Assembly: GCF_009914755.1 (NCBI RefSeq)
Contig: NC_060929.1
From: the human T2T-CHM13v2.0 reference genome, Homo sapiens
Length of the DNA stretch: 64,000 bases
Strand: one strand, 5' to 3'
Numbering within the stretch: position 1 is the stretch's first letter; each line of letters starts with the position of its first letter. The notes under the pieces are model-generated. The model saw only the letters and a list, made by a program, of their open reading frames with translations. It was not told the origin of the DNA and did not search any database. Shown one piece after another: positions 53,831-64,000 of the stretch. Both the position numbers and the translations under genes were made by a program.

Positions 53831-55424
53831 AGTGATTACCAATGGCAGTCTACAAAAATGGAGCTTCCCCACCTTCATGCTGGGAGGCACTCATAGATTC
53901 CCTCAGTCCATGGATCTGCTGGATCCCAGGCCTGTTAGCTCTTGCTGTTAGCAGTCCCAACATGTATGTCAATGATCTGAACTGTATAATTTCCTCTGGC
54001 TACCATGAAATTTTAAAAAATGTTTAAAAGGCTTGGAAGCACTGTAGCAGCCAAATGACCAGATGTATTTTTGGCCTTTATTGAAATAAGCCATAGTTAT
54101 ATAGAGAAATTCAGAGGGTGCTTAGGATAATGATAAATGTATTTTAAAGAACTAGTCTCTTGTAAAAGTGCAAATTGTGCATGCCTGTTGAAGAGGTTGA
54201 TATGAATAGCAAAACTAGAACATTCCATAATAAGTCAGACCAATCCTAGAAGTGCCTCATGGCTACATTTTCTATTAATGTAGCATTAGTTTCTAAGGAA
54301 ACTTTGTAAATATACTGTTATCTAAGCATGTTGTCAATATTGACCATGAATTTAGAAGGAATGTTTTATTTTATTAAAATCTTACTCAAATATCTAGAAA
54401 GGAAAACATGATGTACACACAAAGGAAGTGTTCAAAAGTGAGGAGTGTTGATCTTTGGCAGTTTTCACACTACATTTGGCCCTGGGAGCTGTATCCCAGG
54501 ACTTAAGAGTCAACTTGGCTTAGAAGGCAGTGGTGCCAGGGGCAGGGCCAAAGTCAATGGCCGGGAGAACAGGCTGGCAGAGTCAACCTGCATGTGTGGT
54601 AGGCGCTAAGTGCTTTAATGTGTGAAATCTTTGTTCTTGCAATAACCCTGGCAGGCACATAGTAGCCTAATCCTGATTTTCTTAGCGGGAATGGTGTCAG
54701 GACTGAACAGATTCCAAAACCAAGTTCTGTAATCAAAGTGCAGAATAAGGAAAATCCAAATAACCTGCCCCAGACAAAGCATTCCTGTGTTTATGAACTC
54801 AGCTTTGAGCGTGGAAACTCATGGCTCTTGAGGTGGGAGGAAGGAGAACTAACAATTATGGCTCCATTTTTGTCAATGAATCTGGATGGCATCTTTTCAG
54901 TGGCCTCTTTCTCCTATCTGGACCAGGTTTGGATTTACCCAAAGTCCAGTATTTAAAGTATAAATATCTAGGAAAAATTCTCAACTGGTTTAATACCTAA
55001 TATTTTATGCATCTCTAATTTCTCAAACTCCTTTTCCCAAATAAGATGGGCATCCTGGGGGATGAGGTGGAAGGATGGACAATGCTCTCTGAAACTCCTC
55101 TTAGAAGCTTCCCCTTGGAGACTCAGTGTAGGCTCAAGTAAGGGAATCTATCAAGCTGCCTGGTATTGAAAATGACAAGTATTTGTGGTACTCAGTGGGG
55201 ATTGTAGAAGGGAGGGGCACCATCTTAGAAGGAATGGACTTGCCACAAGGAAGCTGGTGCTGTCTCTTCTGCATCAGTAGAGACTGTCTGGGATTGGTGG
55301 AAATTCATTTACATGGACAAAATTGGTGTCTTGCAGATTTTGAAGGATCCTGAATCTATTGTCATTTATGCAAAGTGGTTAACTTAGAGGTAGCCCTAGG
55401 TGGCCATAATTGGATGCTCTTCAG

Positions 55425-55910
55425 TAAGGATGGTATGGAGATTAGAGATGACCACACATTCTTTGCTACTCTTCCCTTTGAAAGATGGCATATATTGTTC
55501 CTCCTCTTGAATCTGGGCTGAACTCATGGCTTCCTTGACCAATGGAATGCAGTGGAAGTGATGTCTTGGGACAGCTAAAACCAGGTGACAAGAGACTGTG
55601 TGGCCTCCATTTCCATTCTATGTGGCCATTCTATGTGGCCACCAATGATGGTGAACATTGGGGTGTTCACCAGCAACATCCTCCCTTTTGGGAGGCTCCC
55701 TCTTGGAATGTAGTCAGCATGCCTTGAGAAAGCTCAAGAAATCCAATGTGGAGGCTCAAATGGAATGGAACTGAGTTTCCTGTCTGATGGTCACCTGATG
55801 AGCACCTTGACATCCAGCACAGCTGAGCCCTTGGATAACTGCAGCTCAGCCAGCATCTTATTGCACTGCATGGGAGACTGCAAGTGAAGCCCCCCACAAG
55901 CTGAATGCTT
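55425..55910 (+). mobile_element. MLT1F/G-like MaLR LTR (partial)
   Basis: cctcttgaatctgggctg...ttgaccaatggaatgcagtggaagtgatg...gcagctcagccagcatcttattgcactgcatgggagact. Confidence 0.7.
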
Positions 55911-57261
55911 TCTGGATTTCTCCCTTCCAGAGGCTGTAGTCCTGCCTCTGTTCCCAGAGGACCTTGGTCTTTCACTGCAGGCTGCCTTGAGCTGATGGTC
56001 TGCAGGCCTCTGTGTCCAGGTATTTCTCAGCGGCTTTCCCCATCACTGCAGCCTTCTGGCCACTCTTTCTGTCAGAATGGCCCCCTCTGCTGACAGTTTG
56101 TTTGGACTCTGAACTGCTGTTTCCTCTCACTGTGGAAATTATGCTTGGTTGACCAGGTAGCACCTTTCCTCACCATCTTTACACTCCCACTCAGCTCCAC
56201 CCAGCTGAATGAGAGCCTCTCAGTCCTTTCTGCACTGGTAGGGCCTAGCTCCTGGGGGCTGCGGGTGAACCTCTGTTCTTAAATATCAGGCTGCAGTTTG
56301 TGCTGAATGCTGGCGGTAGGTCCCTGGCGATATCTAGCATTGAGTATTGTCACCTTGGTGACCCACATTACCTCATGGTTGCTAATCAATTCCATTACTC
56401 TTTCTGCCGTCCAAACAGAGGATGACCTTGTCAAAAGATCACTATTCTGTGCTTTAAGGCCACATTCTCAGAACTCATTTAATTGCCAGGAGGCACTTGT
56501 TGTCAGGGAGCCCTTGGAGCCATGTAATCCTGGCCCAGACAATTGAATAGCAGTATCCAGAGAACAGAGCGGGAATGCGTCTACACGATATTGTTTCACG
56601 ACTTTTGCTCCAAGTCTCAGGACATCCTAGTGTGCTGAGTCATCACCCGCTGGACACAGCCCAGTGAATTTCAGAGACAGTTTCTACAATAATCGCTTAT
56701 CCTGATAACTTTTGACTTTCTTGGGCCTCTCCAGTCACCCAATTGATGTCTCTTGTTTTTAGTGTTTCCTTTATTCCTTTTCCTCTGCCAAAAGGAAGAG
56801 GTCTCTCATATTGTGTCACCTCTTGGAAACTAATGAAATAACGTTTGTGGAAGGTGCATGTGAAAACGTTTTCGCAAAATGTGAATGTCTTCACATTTAA
56901 TTTGAGTTCTTTCATACCATATCAGCACGGAATCTCCCCAGTTCTCTGCATCAACAGTGACTGAGAAGAGCCAATATAGACACTGCCTGGACTGGTGAAG
57001 GCCAGAAATTTGAACTTACCAAATTCTTCTCCCACGTTTCCAGAGACAGAAGTGTCTCATGGCATTGCTACCCATGGAGGATAAGATGGCAGCTCTGGCC
57101 CATAAGCTCTCAGGGACCTGTGCTATTCAGCTCTCTCTTCCCCTCAGAAATGGGGACAATGGCTGCTTGATTCTGGCTTTAGGGCCAGGAGTAGAGGCTG
57201 TTTTTCATAGGCCCTCGCAGACTGATTTTTAATTTTTAATTATGGCTCTTGGAGCTTCCAT

Positions 57262-57455
57262 ATATATATATATATTTTATTTTATTTATTTATTTATTTT
57301 ATTATACTTTAAGTTCTAGGGTACATGTGCACAACGTGCAGGTTTGTTACATATGTATACATGTGCCACGTTGGCGTGCTGCACCCATTAACTTGTCATG
57401 TACATTAGGTATATCTCCTAATGCTATCCCTCCCCCCTCCCCCTACCCCACAACC
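57262..57455 (-). mobile_element. Young L1PA (about L1PA4/5) 3' tip
   Basis: ttattatactttaagttctagggtacatgtgcacaacgtgcagg...aatgctatccctcccccctcccc. Confidence 0.92.
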
Positions 57456-58751
57456 TTTTTGATGAGGGTAGAGGGTGCGTTAAGATCCACCAGGACTGGC
57501 TGCTCCTGCCCTGGCCATCTGGGCATCCTCCAGGGAGCAGGTTGTCCCCTTTCTAGGTGACTAACGAGGCTACACGCTGAGAAATTGCTGCTGACTTGCT
57601 GTATTGGACAGAGCATGATTTTGCACATTGGTTCATCCAGTTTAAAATGACAAGGAAGGGGAAACATAAGTACATTGACAATCCACTCAAATAATCACTC
57701 TCCCAGTGTGCCTGCCTGCTGCTGTCACAAAGAAGGAAGCTGACTTAGCTCCAAATTTTAAGCCAACAATGTTAATTCATTTCATATAAGATTTCAGACA
57801 AGAAAGAGGTTCCAGAGTAGTATTCCCTTCAGTTTTTCAGAATTCTCGTTTTTAGATTATAACTTACTTTAATGAATTTAATCCAGTGTGCACATATGAT
57901 ATTCATGGATGTTCAGATTGTACCATAAGAAATCTATGATGATGTCCTTGTCTTTAGGCAGTTCCCAGGTTGTGGAGATAGGACATCAGGAGAATCTGTG
58001 AGAATGACAGGCAACCTTGTGAGGTAGTAAAGTGGTTCATCTGTATCGATTTGCTAAACTTTTTTCTCTTTGAGATCTATTTCCCCTCATGGAGCCCCCA
58101 ATGAACAGGATCAAATATTCACAGGACTCATGGGTCTAGGTGAAGATTTTCCTCTAAGTGGGAAAATGTGAGATCCCTCTGATGTAGGGATCTAGGGATT
58201 GTAGGATAAGGGACTCAGAGGGCAAATTGCATGCAAGGACCCTCATCCAACAGCTCTTCTCCCCATGCCTCCTGCCCTCCCTCATCACTCTGGTATTTAT
58301 CCACTCCAGGAGTTTAGGAGAAAGTGATATTTTGTGCTTATTTGAAAAATAAAGATAGTGTCCTTTCAAGAAATGCATCTTGTTTGAAATTAATTCCAGA
58401 AAGTAGCTGATTTGCATATTCCAAAGGCAGTGAGTAGATTAGACTATAAAATGTGTTTCTCTGGAAATTATTCTTTGGTTAGTGCAGTAGCTCCTATTTC
58501 TGGAGTTAACGCTTTTTAAACATTGAATTGTTTTATCTCAGGTTATCAGCTGGACAGTTTTGTCTTCAGTGTGACAACTGAGTCATGCACCTCGGATCCC
58601 AGAGCTTACTCCAGTTTCCTACCTGGAGTACGTGCGTAACAGACCCGACTGTGGCTGGTGTTCAGGGAAACTATCCAAAGGTGCTATTTCTTTGTTTTAG
58701 AATATATTTATGATCAACATGATTGCATCTCCAGGGAGATGCAACTTAGCG

Positions 58752-58997
58752 ATATTAAACTAATGTCTTGTAATCTATTAACTTAAGCAGAACACTGCAA
58801 AATGCCAGACCTCTGAATGGACTGTTTTTCTACTCTGCACAATTTATGAAGAATAATTATATTCTAAAGCCCTACATGAAGGTGGGGTTTTTATTTTTCT
58901 CGCCTTAAAAGATGCATGTATGATTTTTTTGGGAGGCAGTCCCGGTGCAGCACAGCTCTGTTTGCATGTGGCTTGTTCAGATATTTAAGGCTGGGTT
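58752..58997 (+). repeat. Left arm of 246-bp inverted repeat
   Basis: Reverse complement of 59805-60050 with 11 mismatches and no indels (manual alignment). Confidence 0.97.
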
Positions 58998-59348
58998 AAT
59001 CGTAAGGAATCTTATGATGTTAAAATGAATGGATATTTGAACTGAGAGGAAATCAGAATGAAAACTCTGAAATCAGGATGAAAGTGTTTTGAAATACTGA
59101 GAGGCAAAAAACTTAAAAATATCCTTAGCATTGAACAAGCAGTGTCAGCACTATAGGAAATAAGCAGTGTGTTATCAGCTCTTCTGCACATAGAAGATTA
59201 GAGCAAAGTTCATAACCCTATAAGTTCTTTGAAAAAAATTGCAGTATTTAGAGACCAAAATTACTGAATACCATGAAAAGCAATTTTTTGACACCTACTA
59301 CGATTGAAATGAAGGTCAGCAAAACTCTCCAGATAATTGCTTAAGGTC

Positions 59349-59540
59349 ACTGAAGTCTTAGCAAAAGCTGGGTCCCTGACTTAGCAGGGAGAAGAGCCTA
59401 GAGCTGGAGCTCATTTTCCCTGTAAAGACATTTGAACATGAAAATTAGTCATTGACAGAAAAAAGTTATTGCTTCAGATGGCCTAATCATGTTTCCACCT
59501 TCAGTGACCCAATGCATTTGGAGACTCAGGGAACAGGGGA
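59349..59540 (+). repeat. First copy of a local direct duplication of about 190 bp
   Basis: Aligns with 61633-61825, including the identical run atgaaaattagtcattgacagaaaaa. Confidence 0.92.
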
Positions 59541-59804
59541 CTGCTATGTGAATGGGCTTTAATCAGATCTTCTTCCACCAGGGACCCACCCAGGCACATG
59601 CATATTGGCATGATGTCCCCACACAGTGCCTGGTTTGTCAGCAGAAATGGCAGATTATGCCCTGACTGTCTGGGTATTGGAGACAACAAAAATCCTCTGG
59701 ATATATTGCCCCATCATCTTTCACCATTGAAATCCCCCAGGAAGAAGATGGCATGAAATCACTGTTAGGTTGAATTTTAAAAAACCACTCATCCTTATCT
59801 AAAC

Positions 59805-60050
59805 AACCCAGCCTTAAATATCTGAACAACCCACCTGCAAACAGAGCTGTGCTGCACTGGGACTGCCTCCCCAAAAAATCATACATGCATCTTTTAAGGT
59901 GAGAAAAATAAAAACCCCACCTTCATGTAGGGCTTTAGAATATAATTTTTCTTCATAAATTGTGCAGAGTAGAAAAGCAGTCCTTTCAGAGGTCTGGCAT
60001 TTTACAGTGTTCTGCTTGAGTTAATAGATTAAAAGACATTAGTTTAATAT
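59805..60050 (-). repeat. Right arm of 246-bp inverted repeat
   Basis: Reverse complement of 58752-58997. Confidence 0.97.
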
Positions 60051-60414
60051 ATATGACTTTTATTTAAAAAGATAAGACTACCTTTCAACTTTAATTTTAA
60101 ACCTGGTGACAAATAATTCTTAGCTTACACTAAAAAAAGTAGAGGTCCCATGTACAGGTTGCAGTCATGGCCTGAGGAGCTGAAGGCGGTAGAGATTTGG
60201 GCCCCATCACAGCACTTGTGTTTCTGATGTCTTTGCTTACTTAGCGATTGAAATTTCTGCTACACTGATATGTCAGCTGATCTTGTTCCCAGGATTCACA
60301 GAACCTCTTTGCATTGGAAATAGTCTTTCTTGGCATTTCCTGGACAGTCAAGCATGATGTTACTTCTCTGAATGTCAATACCTCGTTGTTCCTATTGTCC
60401 TTCATCTTCTCATG

Positions 60415-61388
60415 CACCATGACCTTTGTCTCAGAATTTCTGGACCTGCTGGGTTGTTGGACCCTGTGCCATCCATTATGCTACTGACTCGGGTTTTAGC
60501 CAACCCCTCTGTTCTGGAAGCCACGTTAGTCCTTTGCTTGCTGGGTCAACACAGGCTTTGCCAATGTGGGGTGCCAGAGAGAGACTGGAGACAGAGGGGG
60601 AAGACGCAGCTCATTCTCTCTTTGGATTTCTTGCCTGTGATCTTTGACCCAGCACATTCCTTTGACCTCCCATAGAAAGAGTGGAATCTGGTTGGTGGTT
60701 TTCTTTTAATACCTGTCGAAGGAGCCTTATCACACCCTTCACAGAGACAGCAGCGCCAGCCAGCAGGTGCCCTCTCTTGAGAAGTCCAGCCCCCAGGCCC
60801 ATGGGGCCCCTCTGAGCTCACAGACACCCTCATGTGAGGTCTCAGGCTCAGCACCATAGGTCCCTTCCTCTAAGCTTTCAAGTTTTTTTTAAATGCTTTA
60901 AGTTCTGGGTTACATGTGCAGAACGTGCAGGTTTGTTACACAGGTATACATGTGCCATGGTGGTTTGCTACACCCATCAACCTGTCACTACATTAGGTTT
61001 TTCTCCTAATGCTATCCCTCCCCTAGCCCCCCACCCCCCAACAGGCCCCGGTGTGTGATGTTCCCCTCCCTGTGACCATGTGTTCTCGTTGTTCAACTCC
61101 CACTTATGAGTGAGAACATGCACTGTTTGATTTTCTGTTCTTGTGTTAGTTTGCTGAGAATGACGGTTTCCAGCTTTCAAGTTTTAATGATTCCAGTGTT
61201 TTCCTGTTTTTCTCTCAGCCTTAGTGGTGACAGCTGTGATAATTTAGTGCTCCTATGGGACACCTTAGTGTTCTCTGTCTGTCTTTTTAGTTAACTAGTT
61301 AACAGTTCTTTCCACCTGGCTAATGGTTCTTTATACTAAATTTTTTGTTACATTAACTGGTATGATTCCTGGGCCCTGAGTAATATAG
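60415..61388 (+). mobile_element. LTR41-like ERVL LTR interrupted by an L1PA tip
   Basis: gttttaatgattcca...cagccttagtggtgacagctg...ttctttatactaaatt...taactggtatg...ggccctgagtaatata resembles the LTR41 3' part; 5' boundary uncertain. Confidence 0.65.
60887..61171 (-). mobile_element. L1PA (about L1PA7) 3' tip
   Basis: Reverse L1 3'UTR; 14-bp TSD agctttcaagtttt (60873-60886 / 61172-61185). Confidence 0.93.
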
Positions 61389-61554
61389 ATGACATCACTA
61401 ATGATGTTAAGCAAAAGTCCTCCATCAGCAATTTCATTGGCAACACGAATGTGATCTAAAGATTGTTTTAAAGGTGCCTAAAATTGTATTCCTAATCTCT
61501 TACAAAAGGACCAGAATATGGGTTTTAAACCACCAAAGTTATTCGTGACACATA

Positions 61555-62260
61555 GTTATGTCAGTCAAAACTCATGGTGGCAAGTGACACAAAATTTAGC
61601 TGAAGCAAAAAGGGGGGAATATTGGCTCATTGACTGAATGACATAGCAAAAACTGGGCCCTTGAGTTGTCATGGGAGGACAGCTTAGAGCTGGAGTTCAT
61701 TGTCCTTGTAAAGACATTTGACTATGAAAATTAGTCATTGACAGAAAAAGCTATTGCTTCAGATGGTCTAATAATATTGCCAACTTTACTGACCTAATGT
61801 ATTTGAGGGCCCAGAGGACAGGGGATAAGGCCTGCCTTCAAATAGAGCTGGGCCAAAGCACTGAATGTCCATCATAATATCTAAGCCTGGTTTTCTCCAT
61901 TGCCTGCCTTGCTTTTCTCTCTTCTGGCTCCATTCTCAGGTAGGCTCTTCCTCGTGAGGTCAAGATTGCTCCCAATAGCTCCCAGCTTATTCTTATTTTC
62001 TCAGCAATCCCAGTGGAAAGATAGAATCTCTGCTTTCAACATCCACAGAAAAAGCCCTGGGGTGATTTCCGTGGCTCTGGGTGTGTGGTATCCATCCCTG
62101 GAGGTTGGAGCACACTACATTCTTATTGTCTGGGGTCATATGACCACATCTGCAGGGAAACAGAGAATCTGTTTCACCCAAAACAAAAGGACTAGAACAT
62201 AGTTGCAATTTTCCCAAGGAAAATGTAAGTGCTGTGACCATGAGGCGGGGAAATGAATGC
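61555..62260 (-). mobile_element. MLT1K-like old MaLR LTR carrying a non-LTR insert
   Basis: tcagtcaaaactc...ggcaagtgacac...aagcaaaaagggg...tattggctcattgactgaa, then after the insert ggctccattctcaggtaggctct...cagcaatcccagtggaaag. Confidence 0.65.
61633..61825 (+). repeat. Second copy of the 190-bp duplication (inside the MLT1 LTR)
   Basis: Aligns with 59349-59540 at roughly 80% by eye. Confidence 0.92.
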
Positions 62261-62329
62261 TGAGCTGCAAAACCCACAGATGCCCTCACCGTAGAGGCTC
62301 TGAACGAAGGAGAGAGAAGTGAGAAGGGT

Positions 62330-62749
62330 TGTCGTGGGGCCCTGCTCAGAGTACCCACTTCTGGAACGTGACTGGTTGAAAGTCTTCAGACACCATTCTT
62401 TGGACCCCTCTCCACTCATTTGGGCCACTCCCAGCCACTGACTAAGCGAGGCAGAATACTAGAATTGGGCCATTTCTGCCTGATGCAGGATTCCTCTGTT
62501 GGGCAATGTTAGTTCGGCCACATTGCCTGGGCAAGGCTCTTTCAGTACTGCCCCATAGTCTGAGGCTCTTTCTACCCAATCCTTCCTGCTCTCTCTTCTT
62601 TCACAGGTGTCAGGGCTGCATTGCAATCTGGAAGCTCTCTTCACTACTCCTGATCCCTCCCTGTTATCCTTCACGGCATCTCCCTGAATGATCCTTGCCT
62701 GTAGAATTATTTCCTGGTGTCTGCTTCTCAGAGGACCTGAACTGACACA
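62330..62749 (+). mobile_element. LTR16A-like ERVL LTR
   Basis: ggccatttctgcctgatgcaggattcctct...ttcacaggtgtcag...gtgtctgcttctcagaggacctgaactgacaca. Confidence 0.75.
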
Positions 62750-64000
62750 GCATGCGTGAATCTTTTATAGCTCTGTCCTCCAAATGGCTGTAAATTGTGT
62801 GTGCTCTTTGATTTTGGCTGATGGTTTGGCGGAGGTATTTAATCTCTCTACTGATAATGATGTCTGATGAAAGAAGACAAAGACTGCTGCTCGAACCGTA
62901 CATCTTGAGGAAAGAAGGTGGTCCTGAACAGTGCCCCAGCCACGTTCAGATGTTCAAGCTTCCCATCCATGGTGCAGGCCACAGACAGGCAGACACCTTC
63001 ATTTTATTTTATGAACTGTAACAAGAGAAAGTGTTCACTGAATTGTCTTGGTCATTAACAGATTGGAGGCAGCCACAAACTTTATGAGAATTCACTTGCT
63101 GAGTCACAGGGAGATATTAGTCAGCCTGAGCCTTTGATAGTGCCAGGCTCTATAGTGAAATGTTTAATGCTCTCCCATTTAATGGAAAATATACATTGTT
63201 GGTAACATCTGTGGGGCTGTTCAAGAAGCCAGAAACCGCAAGAGTTCCTGGCCTGACCCTCACTGGCAGGTGCAATGATTCTCAGATCTTTGTTATTTTC
63301 TGGTTATCGTTACCCGGTTAGCCAAAATATGTGTTTTTATGAAAAATCGTGATAAATACTGTATTCCTTACTGGTGGCATTTTTCTTCTCAAAAATACAT
63401 TAATCAAGGCTTTAGGCAGCAAACTGGAATCTGATTGATAAAGTAAATCTTGAGGAGCTGTTCTGTGGGTCACAGTCCCCATTTTCCCCGTTGGTGAACT
63501 TTTAGCTTTCTGCTTAGGGGGATTTTGTCTTATTTAGCTCCATCCGATGAGGCTGAGTCCATTAGGAAACTCAGTGGAAGGAGCTGGAAAAATGAACTTC
63601 TAACCATTCTAATGGAAAAATCTACACTCTAAGCTGGAAAAAGGCTTTCCTAATGAACAAGGAGAATATTTTTCCTCGGTGGCCATGAGGTTGTGCTACT
63701 GGAAACCCCCAGGGCACTTGTAAGTGAAAAACAGAGCATCAGTAATTTGGCGAGAATTCAGAAAACAAAACTTTCTCTCTGTCCAAGACAATGACTGCAT
63801 TTCTATTTATTTCTCTCCTGCTCAAAACTCCTAAGGATCACTCAGTGCTGCATTTCATTTTCACTGGACCCCAGTAGACGGTGGACAAAAGTATTTTGTA
63901 ACAAATCTAGTATGACTTGTCATTTGTCTTTACAAGCATCGGCAAAATCCTATTAGAGTGTGCCAGTATTCTTTGTGTTTGTTTGTCTCTTAAGTCCAAG

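Noticed and set aside
55612-55640. 13-bp tandem duplication ccattctatgtgg inside an MLT1 LTR
   Set aside because: Ordinary slippage micro-duplication
58752-60050. Reading the inverted repeat as a DNA transposon with long TIRs
   Set aside because: No convincing TSD, no transposase remnant in the spacer, and arm identity looks too high for primate DNA-transposon fossils unless gene-converted; not fully excluded without a Dfam search

Overview
Primate (probably human or great-ape) intergenic or deep-intronic DNA. It is dominated by Alu, L1, MaLR/ERV solo LTRs, MIR, L2 and DNA-transposon fossils. I see no credible protein-coding gene, RNA gene or prokaryotic system; the listed ORFs are chance ORFs or Alu/L1 remnants. 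The most unusual structure is at 58.6-61.8 kb. There, a 246-bp inverted repeat (11 mismatches, no indels) of sequence I do not recognise as a known repeat brackets an 807-bp spacer. Two small perfect hairpins sit just upstream of the left arm, and about 190 bp of the spacer recurs 2.3 kb downstream inside an old MLT1 LTR. Other notes: a triple-nested LTR stack (1.0-2.6 kb), an L1-dense block (28-48 kb) containing an MLT2A LTR with DUX4-like motifs, a CpG-retaining unique block (13.3-13.9 kb), and four ARE/NFE2-type motifs. Repeat family names come from my recollection of consensus sequences, not a database search. Boundaries of old elements are approximate.
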